Assembly (NCBI RefSeq): GCF_001194135.2
Contig: NC_068982.1
Span: 990,618 to 1,052,286 of the forward strand
DNA: 61,669 nt
DNA from: Octopus bimaculoides
Lineage: Eukaryota
Reading direction: 5' to 3'
Shown here one piece after another: positions 12,875 through 25,282 of this stretch. The position numbers and the translations under genes are program-made. Each line of letters begins with the position of its first letter. The stretch's first letter is position 1. Below the pieces are notes generated by a model. That model searched no databases. It saw only the letters and a program-made list of their open reading frames with translations, and had not been told where the DNA came from.

Positions 12875-13318
12875 TACACAAAAGTGACTGTGGGGTAAGA
12901 AGCTTGTTTTCCATGTACATGGTTCTAGGTTCAATCTTACTGCGTAGTACCTTGGGCAAGTGTCTTCTACTATAGCCTATGGGCCGACAAAAACTTCGTG
13001 AGTGGATTTGGTAGACGAAAGAAGGGCACTCAACCAAATTATCGGGAGTTACATGTATGGATCAAAGCAGTTTGATTCAAATTCGTTGGTACTCTTGAGT
13101 TTCAAGCGTGATGTTAGTCCTCAGCCGCGCGCGCGCACGTAAGTATGTCCCCCACCATTGCTTGACAACTGGTTGGTTTCTTAACGTCCGCGTGGCATTG
13201 CGGTTCGGCTAAAGGCAGATCGAATAAGCACCAAGCTTAGCTAGAAATGATTCATTCAACTAAAACGTCTTCAAGGCGGTGTCCTAGCATGACTGCAGTT
13301 TAATGATTGAAACAAGTA
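12875..13318 (+). mobile_element. SINE family B (5' half 12875-13030, 3' half 13142-13318) with unrelated central sequence
   Basis: GGTAAGAAGCTTG...GGTTCAATC...CCTTGGGCAAGTGTCTTCTACTATAGCC head; GCGGTTCGGCTAAA and CTTCAAGGCGGTG.CCTAGCATG tail. Confidence 0.75.
13088..13126 (-). ncRNA. Degenerate hammerhead-ribozyme-like motif
   Basis: Minus strand: GG CUGAGGA (14 nt without helix II pairing) GAAA CUC AA GAG UA CC. The core boxes and helix III are present; helix II is missing and helix I is only 2 bp. Confidence 0.3.
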
Positions 13319-14071
13319 CTTGTGTTTTTTAAAAGCCTGGTACTTTTCTATCTATCGGTCTATGTTACGGGGACGTGAACAAACCAAAACCGGTTGTCAA
13401 GCGATTTAGGAGTCCCAAGTTAACTCCCGGAACATAACTTGAAATCATTTTCAATTTACCTCTTCGGTAAGTTAACTTCGGTTTCCCAAACGACATTGTA
13501 ATCTTCTTATAGCTAAGGTATCTTCAGCCTGAGGAGTAGCTAGCTGAATACCCCTCGTTGAGTAATTATTGCATCAGAGGATCTCCAGCCTGTTTTTCTT
13601 TACTTGTTCTACTCCCCCAATTTGGATTTTTATTCGCATTCATAGCAAATATAGTTGCTTTATTACAGTTCCTGAACGTTGTTTTTTAGATTGATTGCAT
13701 CCATTAGGGTCTCATATTGTGATGAACTACATCTACCAACATTATCATGGGTCTCCGAACCTCGCAAAACAGCTGTTGTACTTATAACACCTTTCTTCCA
13801 CCCCTTTAATTTGTTCTCTGTGTATGTTGGATCTATTAATATAAATATCTATATATTTGTGGTCAAATATTCATCGTCTGAAGGACTCCACCTTTTGCTC
13901 TCTCTCGATTTGCATGTACATATATATACATATTTTCGTATTTCATACCCAAACTGTTAGATTTAATATATCTTTTTTGCTCATCCACATAATTGCTTCT
14001 ATATCTGCTCAACTTGATCCCTTTTATCACCGTTCTTTACCCTGTGGAATCGACCCCCTGTAAAGTCAGTG

Positions 14072-14113
<42 letters not shown>

Positions 14114-14205
14114 CTATATANNNNNNNNNNNNNNNNNNNNNNNNNNNNNNNNNNNNNNNNNNNNNNNNNNNNNNNNNNNNNNNNNNNNNNNNNNNNNNNN
14201 NNNNN

Positions 14206-14239
<34 letters not shown>

Positions 14240-16362
14240 CATGCATACATACATCTACTCACACACAACACATATGTTGTAAGTTGCGAGGGTAATTTTT
14301 CCAGTAAAGCACACGCACTGGTTCTGTTTCACTTCGTTTTATTCTTCTTCTTCAAATGAGTAAACTATTAATCAATTACTTAATCGGTTGTTTTATTAAT
14401 CTTTCAGATCGTGTTATTCCAGTAGTATCTTGCTGTCTCTAAGTTCCCTTTACTGTTTTTATACATTTGGAATATCTGTCTGTGCATATATGTATTGTAT
14501 TGTGAGTGAGTGAATGTGTGTGTGTGTCGGTATGTCTGTCTACGGTGTTGAGCATGTTTGGAACTATACGCATGCTTTTATTGTCATGTTTAATATGATA
14601 TTTTTGTGAGCATGTAGTGTATAAGTGTGCGCGGGTGTGTCTATGTGTGCGCGTATAAATATATATAGATATATATATATATATACATACATATATATGT
14701 ATACACTTACATGCACACAGATACACACATACACTCATACACATATATACACATATGTCTATACGTATACATGTATATATGTTTGTGTGTGAGTCTATCA
14801 CATATGTATAGATATGTGTATATTGATTGTAAGGTGTTAAGTTACAAAGAAGTGTTCTCATATAAGCGCGGTTATTATTATTGATTCCCAATAAATATAT
14901 TTAATTTTCTGTCCAGATCTGTTATTGGCAGTTTTCATAGAATGGGCTTTTTACATAGTATCTGATGCTTGGAGATTTGTTCTGATAATGAATTTCTAGT
15001 CAAGTCAATAAATATTTCATCAAAAGTCGGGCAGTTGCATCACTAAATCACATTTCTACTCGAACATTTTATATTTGCATTTGGAAGTCTTTTTCCCCCC
15101 TGTGTTTATGTTGATACAATGACCGGTATGTAGAAATTAATCTCTACCACAACTTTTGTCATTGCACCGAGATACAAAGAATGTTGTATCTCTGTTTTTA
15201 TATTAAACCTTGCCTCTATCAACAATTGTTTCAAACATTTTGCGCTCTTTACCACATGCATTGGTGGATACAAACCNNNNNNNNNNNNNNNNNNNNNNNN
15301 NNNNNNNNNNNNNNNNNNNNNNNNNNNNNNNNNNNNNNNNNNNNNNNNNNNNNNNNNNNNNNNNNNNNNNNNNNNNNNNNNNNNNNNNNNNNNNNNNNNN
15401 NNNNNNNNNNNNNNNNNNNNNNNNNNNNNNNNNNNNNNNNNNNNNNNNNNNNNNNNNNNNNNNNNNNNNNNNNNNNNNNNNNNNNNNNNNNNNNNNNNNN
15501 NNNNNNNNNNNNNNNNNNNNNNNNNNNNNNNNNNNNNNNNNNNNNNNNNNNNNNNNNNNNNNNNNNNNNNNNNNNNNNNNNNNNNNNNNNNNNNNNNNNN
15601 NNNNNNNNNNNNNNNNNNNNNNNNNNNNNNNNNNNNNNNNNNNNNNNNNNNNNNNNNNNNNNNNNNNNNNNNNNNNNNNNNNNNNNNNNNNNNNNNNNNN
15701 NNNNNNNNNNNNNNNNNNNNNNNNNNNNNNNNNNNNNNNNNNNNNNNNNNNNNNNNNNNNNNNNNNNNNNNNNNNNNNNNNNNNNNNNNNNNNNNNNNNN
15801 NNNNNNNNNNNNNNNNNNNNNNNNNNNNNNNNNNNNNNNNNNNNNNNNNNNNNNNNNNNNNNNNTATATATATATAATATGTACATAGTTTGATACTTTG
15901 ATAGGTTTCGGCCAGTATAGACCCAGGCCATGTCTAATTTAATAGGACCACTTGGCAAAGTCATTCCAGTCAGGAATCAGACAATATGGCCCACTCGTGT
16001 AGAAGGTTTATCCGGGATTCTCTGATATATCATAGCTGGACTTTTGAAGTGTACAGACATGTTTTTCCTTCCCTCTCTCAAAGTCAGTAGCAAGTTACAC
16101 AGCTACAGAATCAAACTAACCGTTTATATATAAATATATTTACAACCACGTGTTTACCTACAAACACGTATGTACGCTTTTTTCTTAACTACAAATTATC
16201 ATATACCCAAATAAACACTCGTTTATATATAAACAAACCAAATAACCAAAAATTCACACCTATAAGAGAGTGTATATATGTATATATACACTTCTTTAAT
16301 GTCTTCAGATAACCAAAGCCTCACACATAGGAAAGAATATATACACATATCTAAAACAAAAC

Positions 16363-16690
16363 ATGGCGACTAACCAGCAGGCTTACAACAAACAAAATTG
16401 GTCTGATAATGAAATTGATCTCTTAATAAGCACATGGTTTTTCTCTCTCCCAAACGGAAAACATAAACATTTCATGTCTAAATGAGATTGCCGACAAAGC
16501 AGCGCAAATACTCAAAATGCGCTCTGTTAAATAGGTACGCAGCAAACTAAAACACATCGAGGTTTCCTTCAATCTAATTCAGGTTCATTTTGAAAGACTA
16601 CGATATATTTATCTTTCAAATATAGGTCAAACACAACAACAACAGCCAGAAAATCATGAACAGCAACAACAGCAAAACCAACAATATTAA
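16363..16690 (+). pseudogene. Disrupted Myb/SANT-like (trihelix-type) DNA-binding-domain ORF with a Q-rich tail
   Basis: MATNQQAYNKQNWSDNEIDLLISTWF, a frameshift near 16440, then SLSQTENINISCLNEIADKAAQILKMRSVK*VRSKLKHI (TAG at 16532-16534), ending QTQQQQPENHEQQQQQNQQY*. It fits the W..EE..LLI..W / EIA.K / RS..Q.R.K.K pattern. Confidence 0.6.
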
Positions 16691-17038
16691 CATTAGAGTA
16701 TATGTTAACCTCGTGAATGGATGGTTGCATCCAAGGAAATTCTGGTTCAATACCTAGTATTGTTGGGGAATGAAATTCCCTTAAAACAATAGTTATATAT
16801 TAAGTATATAGTTTATATCCAGTTAAAACAGGAAAGGTAGATCTTTTTTTTCTCTGAAATTATGCGCATGTCACACAAATGCAAATTTAATACAAAAATT
16901 TGTAATTGAATTATTAAGTATTAATTGAAACGGCTGTAAGAAACGAAAATGACCAATTTGTTAATAACAATTGTTAACTTCCTTATCTCCGTTTTCTTTT
17001 CTTCTTTTAACTGGATATAAGCAATATATATTTATATA

Positions 17039-17074
<36 letters not shown>

Positions 17075-18004
17075 NNNNNNNNNNNNNNNNNNNNNNNNNN
17101 NNNNNNNNNNNNNNNNNNNNNNNNNNNNNNNNNNNNNNNNNNNNNNNNNNNNNNNNNNNNNNNNNNNNNNNNNNNNNNNNNNNNNNNNNNNNNNNNNNNN
17201 NNNNNNNNNNNNNNNNNNNNNNNNNNNNNNNNNNNNNNNNNNNNNNNNNNNNNNNNNNNNNNNNNNNNNNNNNNNNNNNNNNNNNNNNNNNNNNNNNNNN
17301 NNNNNNNNNNNNNNNNNNNNNNNNNNNNNNNNNNNNNNNNNNNNNNNNNNNNNNNNNNNNNNNNNNNNNNNNNNNNNNNNNNAGAGAGAAAGGTTGAGTT
17401 CAATTTCATCCTTGGGGGGGGGGTTCCAAAATTAGATTCCTAATAAAATTCTTCATATTAAGTTTGTAGCTTACTATGGTAAATATTTTAAAAAAATATG
17501 AAAATTTTACAAGTACAAGGTACGTTATGAGCATTGATAGAACACGTATCCTATATAAACCCAACAAATAATTAAAGATGGAGAAGCGAATATATTAAAA
17601 GTTTTATAAAATTTTAATCCATGCATACGATCGTTTCGAATGGTAACGCCAATATGTAAGAAACATGAAAAAAAATTAAATTAATTATAATTAAATTAAT
17701 TTAATTACATATTACCATTCGCCTCAGTACAAAAAGAACACATCAGAAAGGTAGTATCACAAGAATATTATGTTGTTACAGGAAACTGTATGGGGTCCGT
17801 GTCACATAACTCATTCGGATATTCATAAAACGATTATGAAAGATGAAATATAATGCTTAGGGAGTCTTGAGTTTGTTTGTGTAAGAACTACAACAACTGA
17901 TGCGGCTAACAGATGAAAAAGGTTGAAGAAACATTCTCTCTATATGAGGATAATTAATATAGTGAAATACATACCATATAAAACATTTATCATAAGGAAT
18001 AAAT

Positions 18005-18038
<34 letters not shown>

Positions 18039-18528
18039 NNNNNNNNNNNNNNNNNNNNNNNNNNNNNNNNNNNNNNNNNNNNNNNNNNNNNNNNNNNNNN
18101 NNNNNNNNNNNNNNNNNNNNNNNNNNNNNNNNNNNNNNNNNNNNNNNNNNNNNNNNNNNNNNNNNNNNNNNNNNNNNNNNNNNNNNNNNNNNNNNNNNNN
18201 NNNNNNNNNNNNNNNNNNNNNNNNNNNNNNNNNNNNNNNNNNNNNNNNNNNNNNNNNNNNNNNNNNNNNNNNNNNNNNNNNNNNNNNNNNNNNNNNNNNN
18301 NNNNNNNNNNNNNNNNNNNNNNNNNNNNNNNNNNNNNNNNNNNNNNNNNNNNNNNNNNNNNNNNNNNNNNNNNNNNNNNNNNNNNNNNNNNNNNNNNNNN
18401 NNNNNNNNNNNNNNNNNNNNNNNNNNNNNNNNNNNNNNNNNNNNNNNNNNNNNNNNNNNNNNNNNNNNNNNNNNNNNNNNNNNNNNNNNNNNNNNNNNNN
18501 NNNNNNNNNNNNNNNNNNNNNNNNNNNN

Positions 18529-18587
<59 letters not shown>

Positions 18588-18867
18588 CATATATATATAC
18601 ACACATACATATGATAGCCAAAGAATACAAGGAGTGGAATAAGTAGTGCATCAGTTGCAATCTTTTCATAACTAGCTGAAGTTCATTATTACATTAGTAA
18701 TGAGCAGAGCGCAACTTAGCTACGTCAACGAAGTTTACATTGCTTCAGGAAGTAAGCAAAGTATCCTAGTAAGCAAGCTAGCCACTGAAAATTGGTCAGT
18801 CATTGAAATAGAACATAAAAGGGCGTCCTCTTCACAATAATTAACAGTTTAATTGGTTATTTTATTT

Positions 18868-19240
18868 TATGGCCTGCGCCTTAGCGAAGGCGGAGGTATT
18901 GTTTTCAGTCATGTTTGTTTGTTTGTCCATGGACAGGATATCTCAAGAACCGCTGAATGGATTCGGTTGAAACTTTCAGAGATGTTTGGCCTTGGCCTCG
19001 TAACTGACCCGAACCGATTAGATTTTCTGGTCGATCCAGTTACCGGACAAGGATTCTGGATTATGTTCCCGGTTTTTTTACTTAATTTTTGAGAGCAGTC
19101 GGGTTCGTTTTTAGTATTCTCGTTTGTGAGAGTAGTTGAGTTTATTTCAGATATTCTCATTTTAAAAATCATCTCTGGCTAATCGTTGAGGGGACGTTGG
19201 TGTTGCCTTGACGGAGGTTTGCACTCTCTGATGCTCGTTT
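18868..19240 (+). mobile_element. Helentron-associated non-autonomous element (HINE/DINE-1-like)
   Basis: 5' subTIR-like GCCTGCGCCTT (18872-18882) pairs with a nearby inverted repeat AAGGCGGAGGT (18887-18897); GTTT microsatellite; 3' subTIR TTGACGGAGGT (19208-19218) followed by the stem-loop GCACTCTCTGATGC; T-rich flanks. Confidence 0.65.
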
Positions 19241-20533
19241 TATTTTGTTTTTGACGTTATATTTCTATTTTTTCGAGTGGCCATTTTTAAATGTTGACTC
19301 CTTGTATACATCTTGCTGTAATGTAAATTTCGTTGAGGTAACTACGGCCTGAAGATTAGCTAAGCTGAGGTATGATCGTTAATACTTATGTAACGAACTT
19401 CAGATAGTAATGAGACGCTTTCAGATGATGTTCTTCCTGTTCTTCTCCTCACGTTTTTGGATACTTTGTATTCTTAGCAGCGTTATTGCTAAAACGTCAC
19501 TTCTATGGAAGCAATCAGTTTATCGAAATTGCTTTTAACTTTGGTATGAGAAGAAGTGTGCACCCTACGATGTTATTACATATATTTTATCCTATACTGT
19601 CCTTTTTTCTTCTCTACACAAGCTGCCCATTGCATAAAGCTTACTAACTTCTCATACTTGGAATCCCTAGATCGTACTTACTGACTGATATATGCGGATA
19701 TATATATATATATATATATATATANNNNNNNNNNNNNNNNNNNNNNNNNNNNNNNNNNNNNNNNNNNNNNNNNNNNNNNNNNNNNNNNNNNNNNNNNNNN
19801 NNNNNNNNNNNNNNNNNNNNNNNNNNNNNNNNNNNNNNNNNNNNNNNNNNNNNNNNNNNNNNNNNNNNNNNNNNNNNNNNNNNNNNNNNNNNNNNNNNNN
19901 NNNNNNNNNNNNNNNNNNNNNNNNNNNNNNNNNNNNNNNNNNNNNNNNNNNNNNNNNNNNNNNNNNNNNNNNNNNNNNNNNNNNNNNNNNNNNNNNNNNN
20001 NNNNNNNNNNNNNNNNNNNNNNNNNNNNNNNNNNNNNNNNNNNNNNNNNNNNNNNNNNNNNNNNNNNNNNNNNNNNNNNNNNNNNNNNNNNNNNNNNNNN
20101 NNNNNNNNNNNNNNNNNNNNNNNNNNNNNNNNNNNNNNNNNNNNNNNNNNNNNNNNNNNNNNNNNNNNNNNNNNNNNNNNNNNNNNNNNNNNNNNNNNNN
20201 NNNNNNNNNNNNNNNNNNNNNNNNNNNNNNNNNNNNNNNNNNNNNNNNNNNNNNNNNNNNNNNNNNNNNNNNNNNNNNNNNNNNNNNNNNNNNNNNNNNN
20301 NNNNNNNNNNNNNNNNNNNNNNNNNNNNNNNNNNNNNNNNNNNNNNNNNNNNNNNNNNNNNNNNNNNNNNNNNNNNNNNNNNNNNNNNNNNNNNNNNNNN
20401 NNNNNNNNNNNNNNNNNNNNNNNNNNNNNNNNNNNNNNNNNNNNNNNNNNNNNNNNNNNNNNNNNNNNNNNNNNNNNNNNNNNNNNNNNNNNNNNNNNNN
20501 NNNNNNNNNNNNNNNNNNNNNNNNNNNNNNNNN

Positions 20534-20566
<33 letters not shown>

Positions 20567-20595
20567 CGTGTGTGCGTGTGTGTGTGTGTGTGTGT

Positions 20596-20905
20596 AATGA
20601 AATCGATAAACCAGTTCATCATAATCGCCTCAGTATTTGCATCTTTCGCAACTCTTAAGAGCTTCTTGTATGAAGGGATGGTAGAGAATTTGTTTGAAGA
20701 TTATGTTTTAAATAAAAGTTCCTCTTAGCCGTGCCTACGTCCAAAACTTCGAATTTGCTTTGGCATCATATTCTTTACATAGTCTCACCACAGATGCATC
20801 GCTTTCTAACTTTGTTACAAGTTCCACTAACATCTGATTCTATGTGACCATAGACAGGACCAGATGCAACTTCGATTGATTCTTCTTTCTCTTGAATCCA
20901 CGCTG
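20596..20905 (-). mobile_element. pogo/Tigger-type transposase N-terminal (CENP-B-like HTH) relic
   Basis: Minus-strand pieces KRKKNQSKLHLVLSMVT*NQMLVELVTKLESDASVVRLCKEYD and KKLLRVAKDANTEAIMMNWFI resemble the two HTH modules of Tigger/Jerky proteins. The relic runs into a (CA)n tract and a gap. Confidence 0.55.
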
Positions 20906-21441
20906 TAAAACAAAAAGCTCAAAATGCCAAATCTGAGAAATATGAACGAAATTGTGATGTTACTGTACGTATGTTGTCTATTGTGAGTGTCCACTTCGCT
21001 ATTTGTATGGCCTCAGTAAACATAAGCATACAAACTGGTGTCAGTTTTGTTTTGTTTGTGAGAATATAGTATAAGATTTGGACGCACATTACGACCAGAT
21101 TATATTAGGATACAACAAGAACATATTATTGTAAAAATATTCTTTTCGATCAATGAATGTTTAACGATGATTTTTCTCCACCTATTCAATACAAAATTGT
21201 ACATTCTATAAAAAGAAATATGAAAGCGAATACGAAAGACTGTTCCGTATATATGTAAAAGGTTGAATATAGACAGAGAGAAACGGGGAGTTGAGGATGT
21301 GAAGGAATACGAATACTTAGAATTGCGGAGTGCTGGGAAAAATAAAAGATATGCTATTTCAGAGGGTCGGAGAATCGAAATGAAATTGATAGATGTACTT
21401 TTTATTTAAATTGATTTTGCATTTCACTTTTTATATATATT

Positions 21442-21625
21442 GGTTTCAAATTCTGGCATAAAGCCAGTAATTTCCCGGGAAATTAGGTAAGTCGATTAGA
21501 TGGACCCCACTTTTCAATTCGTACTCATTTTATCGACCTCGGCAGAATTTGAACCCAGAACGTAAAGACAGACAAAATGTCGCCAAGCATTTTGTTCGGC
21601 GTATTAACGATTCTGCCAGCTCAGA
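21442..21625 (-). mobile_element. SINE family A
   Basis: GGCAGAATTTGAACCCAGAACGTAAAGACAGAC and AACGATTCTGCCAGCTC are the reverse complement of the family A head and body. Confidence 0.8.
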
Positions 21626-21646
21626 CGCTTTACATTTTATGTTATG

Positions 21647-22420
21647 TACACCGGGTGGGTGAAAAGTAAGTAAACATGAAAAATTGGTGCTAAAATCCAT
21701 ATTCCTTTAAAAAATTTATTGAAACAAATGATACATGTTCTTTATTATATGGGAAAATGAAAGTAAATCTTCATATTTCAACGTAAGCATCGGTGGCGTC
21801 GACCAAATTCCTCAAACGGTCAGGAATGAATAACCCTCTGAAGGACGTCGTCTGCGATATCACTGAGAATCTCCTGAATCCGTGTCTCCAAGTTCTCCAG
21901 TGTGCAAGGTTTTGTCGTGTACACCTCCTCTTTTGTGTAACCAACCCCACAGGTAAAGATCACATGGAGTGAGATCTGGACTTCTTGGAGGTCTGGAATT
22001 CTGGACTTCTGCAGTCACAGTCTTCAGGTTTTAGCTCCTGCACGTAATGGGGTTTCCACGGACGAAAATTCAATTCTTTATGCAACACCGTACGTATTGC
22101 ATGTCTTGTTAGTCCACTTTCACGAGCTGCTTGACGTCTTGATTTTTGCGGGCCATCATTAAACATTTCCTGCACTGTTGCCACCTTCTCCGCTGATTGC
22201 GATGTGGTTGGACAGTCACTTCTTCTTGCATCGTTCACAGAGCCCGTGGTCATCAGCCTTGCATGACAACTTCTTATTGTCTCCGGACGTAGTATTGCAT
22301 GCTTGCCTTTCTACTCCACCATCTCTGAACCATAACAATGGAATTCCACACTTCATAGCGTGCTGCTATCTCAGATCTCTCCTGAACAGTCAAACAACTG
22401 GCCACGTGGAAAATAAGAAA
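21647..22420 (-). mobile_element. Internally deleted IS630-Tc1-mariner transposon (resembles the rosa/DD41D-type group)
   Basis: Minus strand: ASCLTVQERSEIAARYEVWNSIVMVQRWW...TGSVNDARRS...QKSRRQAARESGL...FRPWKPHYVQEL, joined by a deletion directly to PPRSPDLTPCDLYLWG...EEVYTTKPCTLENLETRI...DATDAYVEI* (stop 21771-21773). TA+CACCGGGTG terminus at 21647. Confidence 0.8.
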
Positions 22421-23627
22421 TAAGAAATAAGATAAGAAAATAAGAAATCCCCATTAGTATTGTCTGTTTAAAAAGTGTTTTCGTCATGACTTCAGTGATA
22501 CTAAAAATTCTATAAGCAATTTCTANNNNNNNNNNTATATATATATATAGATAATTTAATCAAGATTTATTCCTTGCAGGATTTTGATTACAAAGTGACA
22601 AAGAAATAAATATATACAGTAAGGAGTTTCATTCATTACAATTGTGTTGTCAAGATACAGTTTTTCGTATTAAATTCAGTACCAAGTTTAGTATTGTGCA
22701 GTGTTGTTTCTTATCACACATCATTATTAAATTTGTAATTATTGGGCTATATCATTACTGATATCCATTTAATAAACAATAAAATTTTGTAGCGATATTT
22801 TTCTTGTCTTTATAATCTTGAAATGAAATATGAATTTTAATCATTCTCATTTTCATATTTAGTTTCTTGCTATCACTAACCAAATCGTGGCGCATAATGA
22901 GAAATTACAAATTAACATTCATTTGCAAAAACTTTATTGGAAATTCGATGCATTGTACTTGCCGTGCACATGCTTTTGTTAAAGAACAGAAGCAAAAATA
23001 ACAAAGAATGAAATAAACATTTGCTTCAATTTGCATTTGTGATATTTTATTGTTTCTCTAATTTATTCAATATATTCTTTTAAACGAAGCAAAGAAGCTT
23101 TTTACCGACAATAAAACACAAAAAATGAAAACAGCAATTAGAAGAAAGCTAACAACTAAAACATGAATAAACAATACAATTGCCTTTTAATATGTTTGCT
23201 TAATGCTATATGATCATCAGCTTATATTTATGGTGTATAGCAAAGAAATATGTAAGTAGTATTTAAATTGAAAAACACTTAGTGAAATGCACGTAAGTAG
23301 GTAGGCTCCAAATTAGTTCGATCATCTATTAAGTTGTGGAAGATATTAGTTAAATAACATCCAGAGTCTTCTTGGAAACGTCAAAGTTGGCAAATGATAT
23401 ATTGTTGGATTTTAAGTAAACATTGGCATTTAATGAAACACTTGTCAGTCACATGGCAAATTGACAGAAACGAAAGAATACCAAAGTATGTTCTATACAG
23501 TGTTTATATTTTCTGATTTAAAGATAGCTTCCTATTTCTCTGCCATCAGTCTCACGAGCCCTATAAAAATGGGATGGGCATTGTCCCTCTTTTTGCTCAA
23601 AGGATAAAAAAAAAAGAAAAATCAAAA

Positions 23628-23800
23628 TGGCGGTGTTCTAGCAAAGATGTTACGATGTCAGATAAAATGCCTTGCGGTGTTGAGCCGTTGCTTTAATTGT
23701 TCTGGGTTTAAATCTTCCCCACGGTCAAGTTTTCTTTCATCTTTCTGAGGTTGGACTAGTAAATACGTACTAAACCAAATGTTGACGTTGGGTTATTGTC
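23628..23800 (+). mobile_element. Old SINE family A copy
   Basis: Degenerate GGCGGTGTTCTAGCAAAG...GTTCTGGGTTTAAATC...TTTCATCTTTC. Confidence 0.55.
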
Positions 23801-24024
23801 TAAGATTAGGAGGGGGCGGAAAGAAGGTGAGAGAGTGAGAAAGAATGACAGAGAAACAAAAAAAGGGATATTTTAATTTCAGGTTATTTTCGGTTTTCTC
23901 TACAGCCAAGCTAGTGAAATATGTCTTATTGCTGGACATTTTTGTGAATTATTTTGATGACAACTTATTTGTACACCTCTTCCCACTTCAAATAATGAGA
24001 ACATGCTACATCTTTCATCTTTTA

Positions 24025-24720
24025 TTCTTAACTTGTTTCAATTATTAGACTGTAGCCATGCTGGGGCACCAACTTGCAGAATTTTTAGACGAATGAATCG
24101 ACCCAGTATTTATTTTTTAAAGTCTGGAATTTATTCTATCGATTCCTTTTGTCGAACTACTTGGTACGAGGATATAAATAAATCGGCACAAATTATCAAG
24201 CGGTGGGTATACATACATACATATACATACATGCATATACATACATATGGCTTAGTGGTTAAGGTGTTGCACTCACGATTGCGAGATCGTGCGTTCGATT
24301 CTCAGACCGGGCGTTACTTTGTGTTCTTGAGCAAAGCACTTCATTTCACGTTGTTCTGCGATCATACCGACATCTGACATGTGGCACCCGTTGCACCTGT
24401 ACAGGTAATGTCGATGTGACGGAGGGGGGGGGGAGGAGGTGAGCCTATGTCTACACAAATATTTGATCACTATAAACAAGTCATTTCTGTGGTTGTTTGG
24501 TAAGAAATTGTCGAACCCTCATACGTTGTCTAACGACGGGAGAGAGTCCATCATATACATATATATACGTCGTCTAACGACGGGCTTCTTGGAGTTTCCG
24601 TCAAACAAACATCAATCCACAGGTCTTTGGTCGACTCGGAGCTATAGTAAAACAAGACACTTGAACAAGTTGCCAAGCAGTAAGACTGAACTCGGAACCG
24701 TGTGGATGGGAAGCGACTGC
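24025..24720 (-). mobile_element. SINE family B split into 3' half (24025-24210) and 5' half (24570-24720)
   Basis: TGTAGCCATGCTGGGGCACC tail; GACGGGCTTC...AAGACACTTG.ACAAG.TGCC..GCAGT..GACTGAAC head, all on the minus strand. Confidence 0.75.
24246..24540 (+). mobile_element. tRNA-derived SINE, family C, nested in the family B copy
   Basis: TGGCTTAGTGGTTAAGG (A box) ... GTTCGATTCTC (B box), then TGTGTTCTTGAGCAAAGCACTTCATTTCAC. Confidence 0.8.
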
Positions 24721-25177
24721 GGGGTATTTTTATTTGAATACTAACCACTCTTCAAGTGTGTAATTGCTATCTGCATCAAGGGTATGTTTTAGATACATGA
24801 AATCCAGATAGATTTGCACGAGAAAAGAACTTGGAACTTGATTTCAAATATCTAGGTTTCTTTGTAGAGTACCAGTGAACTGTGCAGGCAAGGTACTCTT
24901 ATATCAGTAACCTAAACTGGGCGAAGAATTTAAGCTTTCTACGCATCAGTGGGAATTCCTGAGGAGCATCTAATATAGATCGATAGCAGTAATTACTATC
25001 GACTACAACTCCAATGCGGACCAGTCTTAATTTTCCTGCGAGCAATTTATTTTTATACTTATTGTCTTAGCAAAGATAATGGCAAGAACAGGAGAATTTG
25101 ACCGTTCGTTTAGATTCATTCAGGCATGAGCAATACTTCTACAACAGTCTACATTGCTACTAAAACATTATCTAATG

Positions 25178-25191
25178 TTCTTCTTCTTCTT

Positions 25192-25280
<89 letters not shown>
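25178..25280 (+). repeat. Compound trinucleotide microsatellite (CTT)n(CTA)n(CTG)n
   Basis: Directly visible; source of the poly-L and poly-S ORFs. Confidence 0.95.

Positions 25281-25282
<2 letters not shown>

Noticed and set aside
20790-20905. Apparent minus-strand exon with a good acceptor and GTGAGA donor (WIQEKEESIEVASGPVY...)
   Set aside because: The same bases read in another frame match a pogo/Tigger HTH, which explains the block better.
24246-24305. tRNA-like A/B boxes
   Set aside because: They continue into a SINE body with no acceptor stem; a SINE head, not a tRNA gene.
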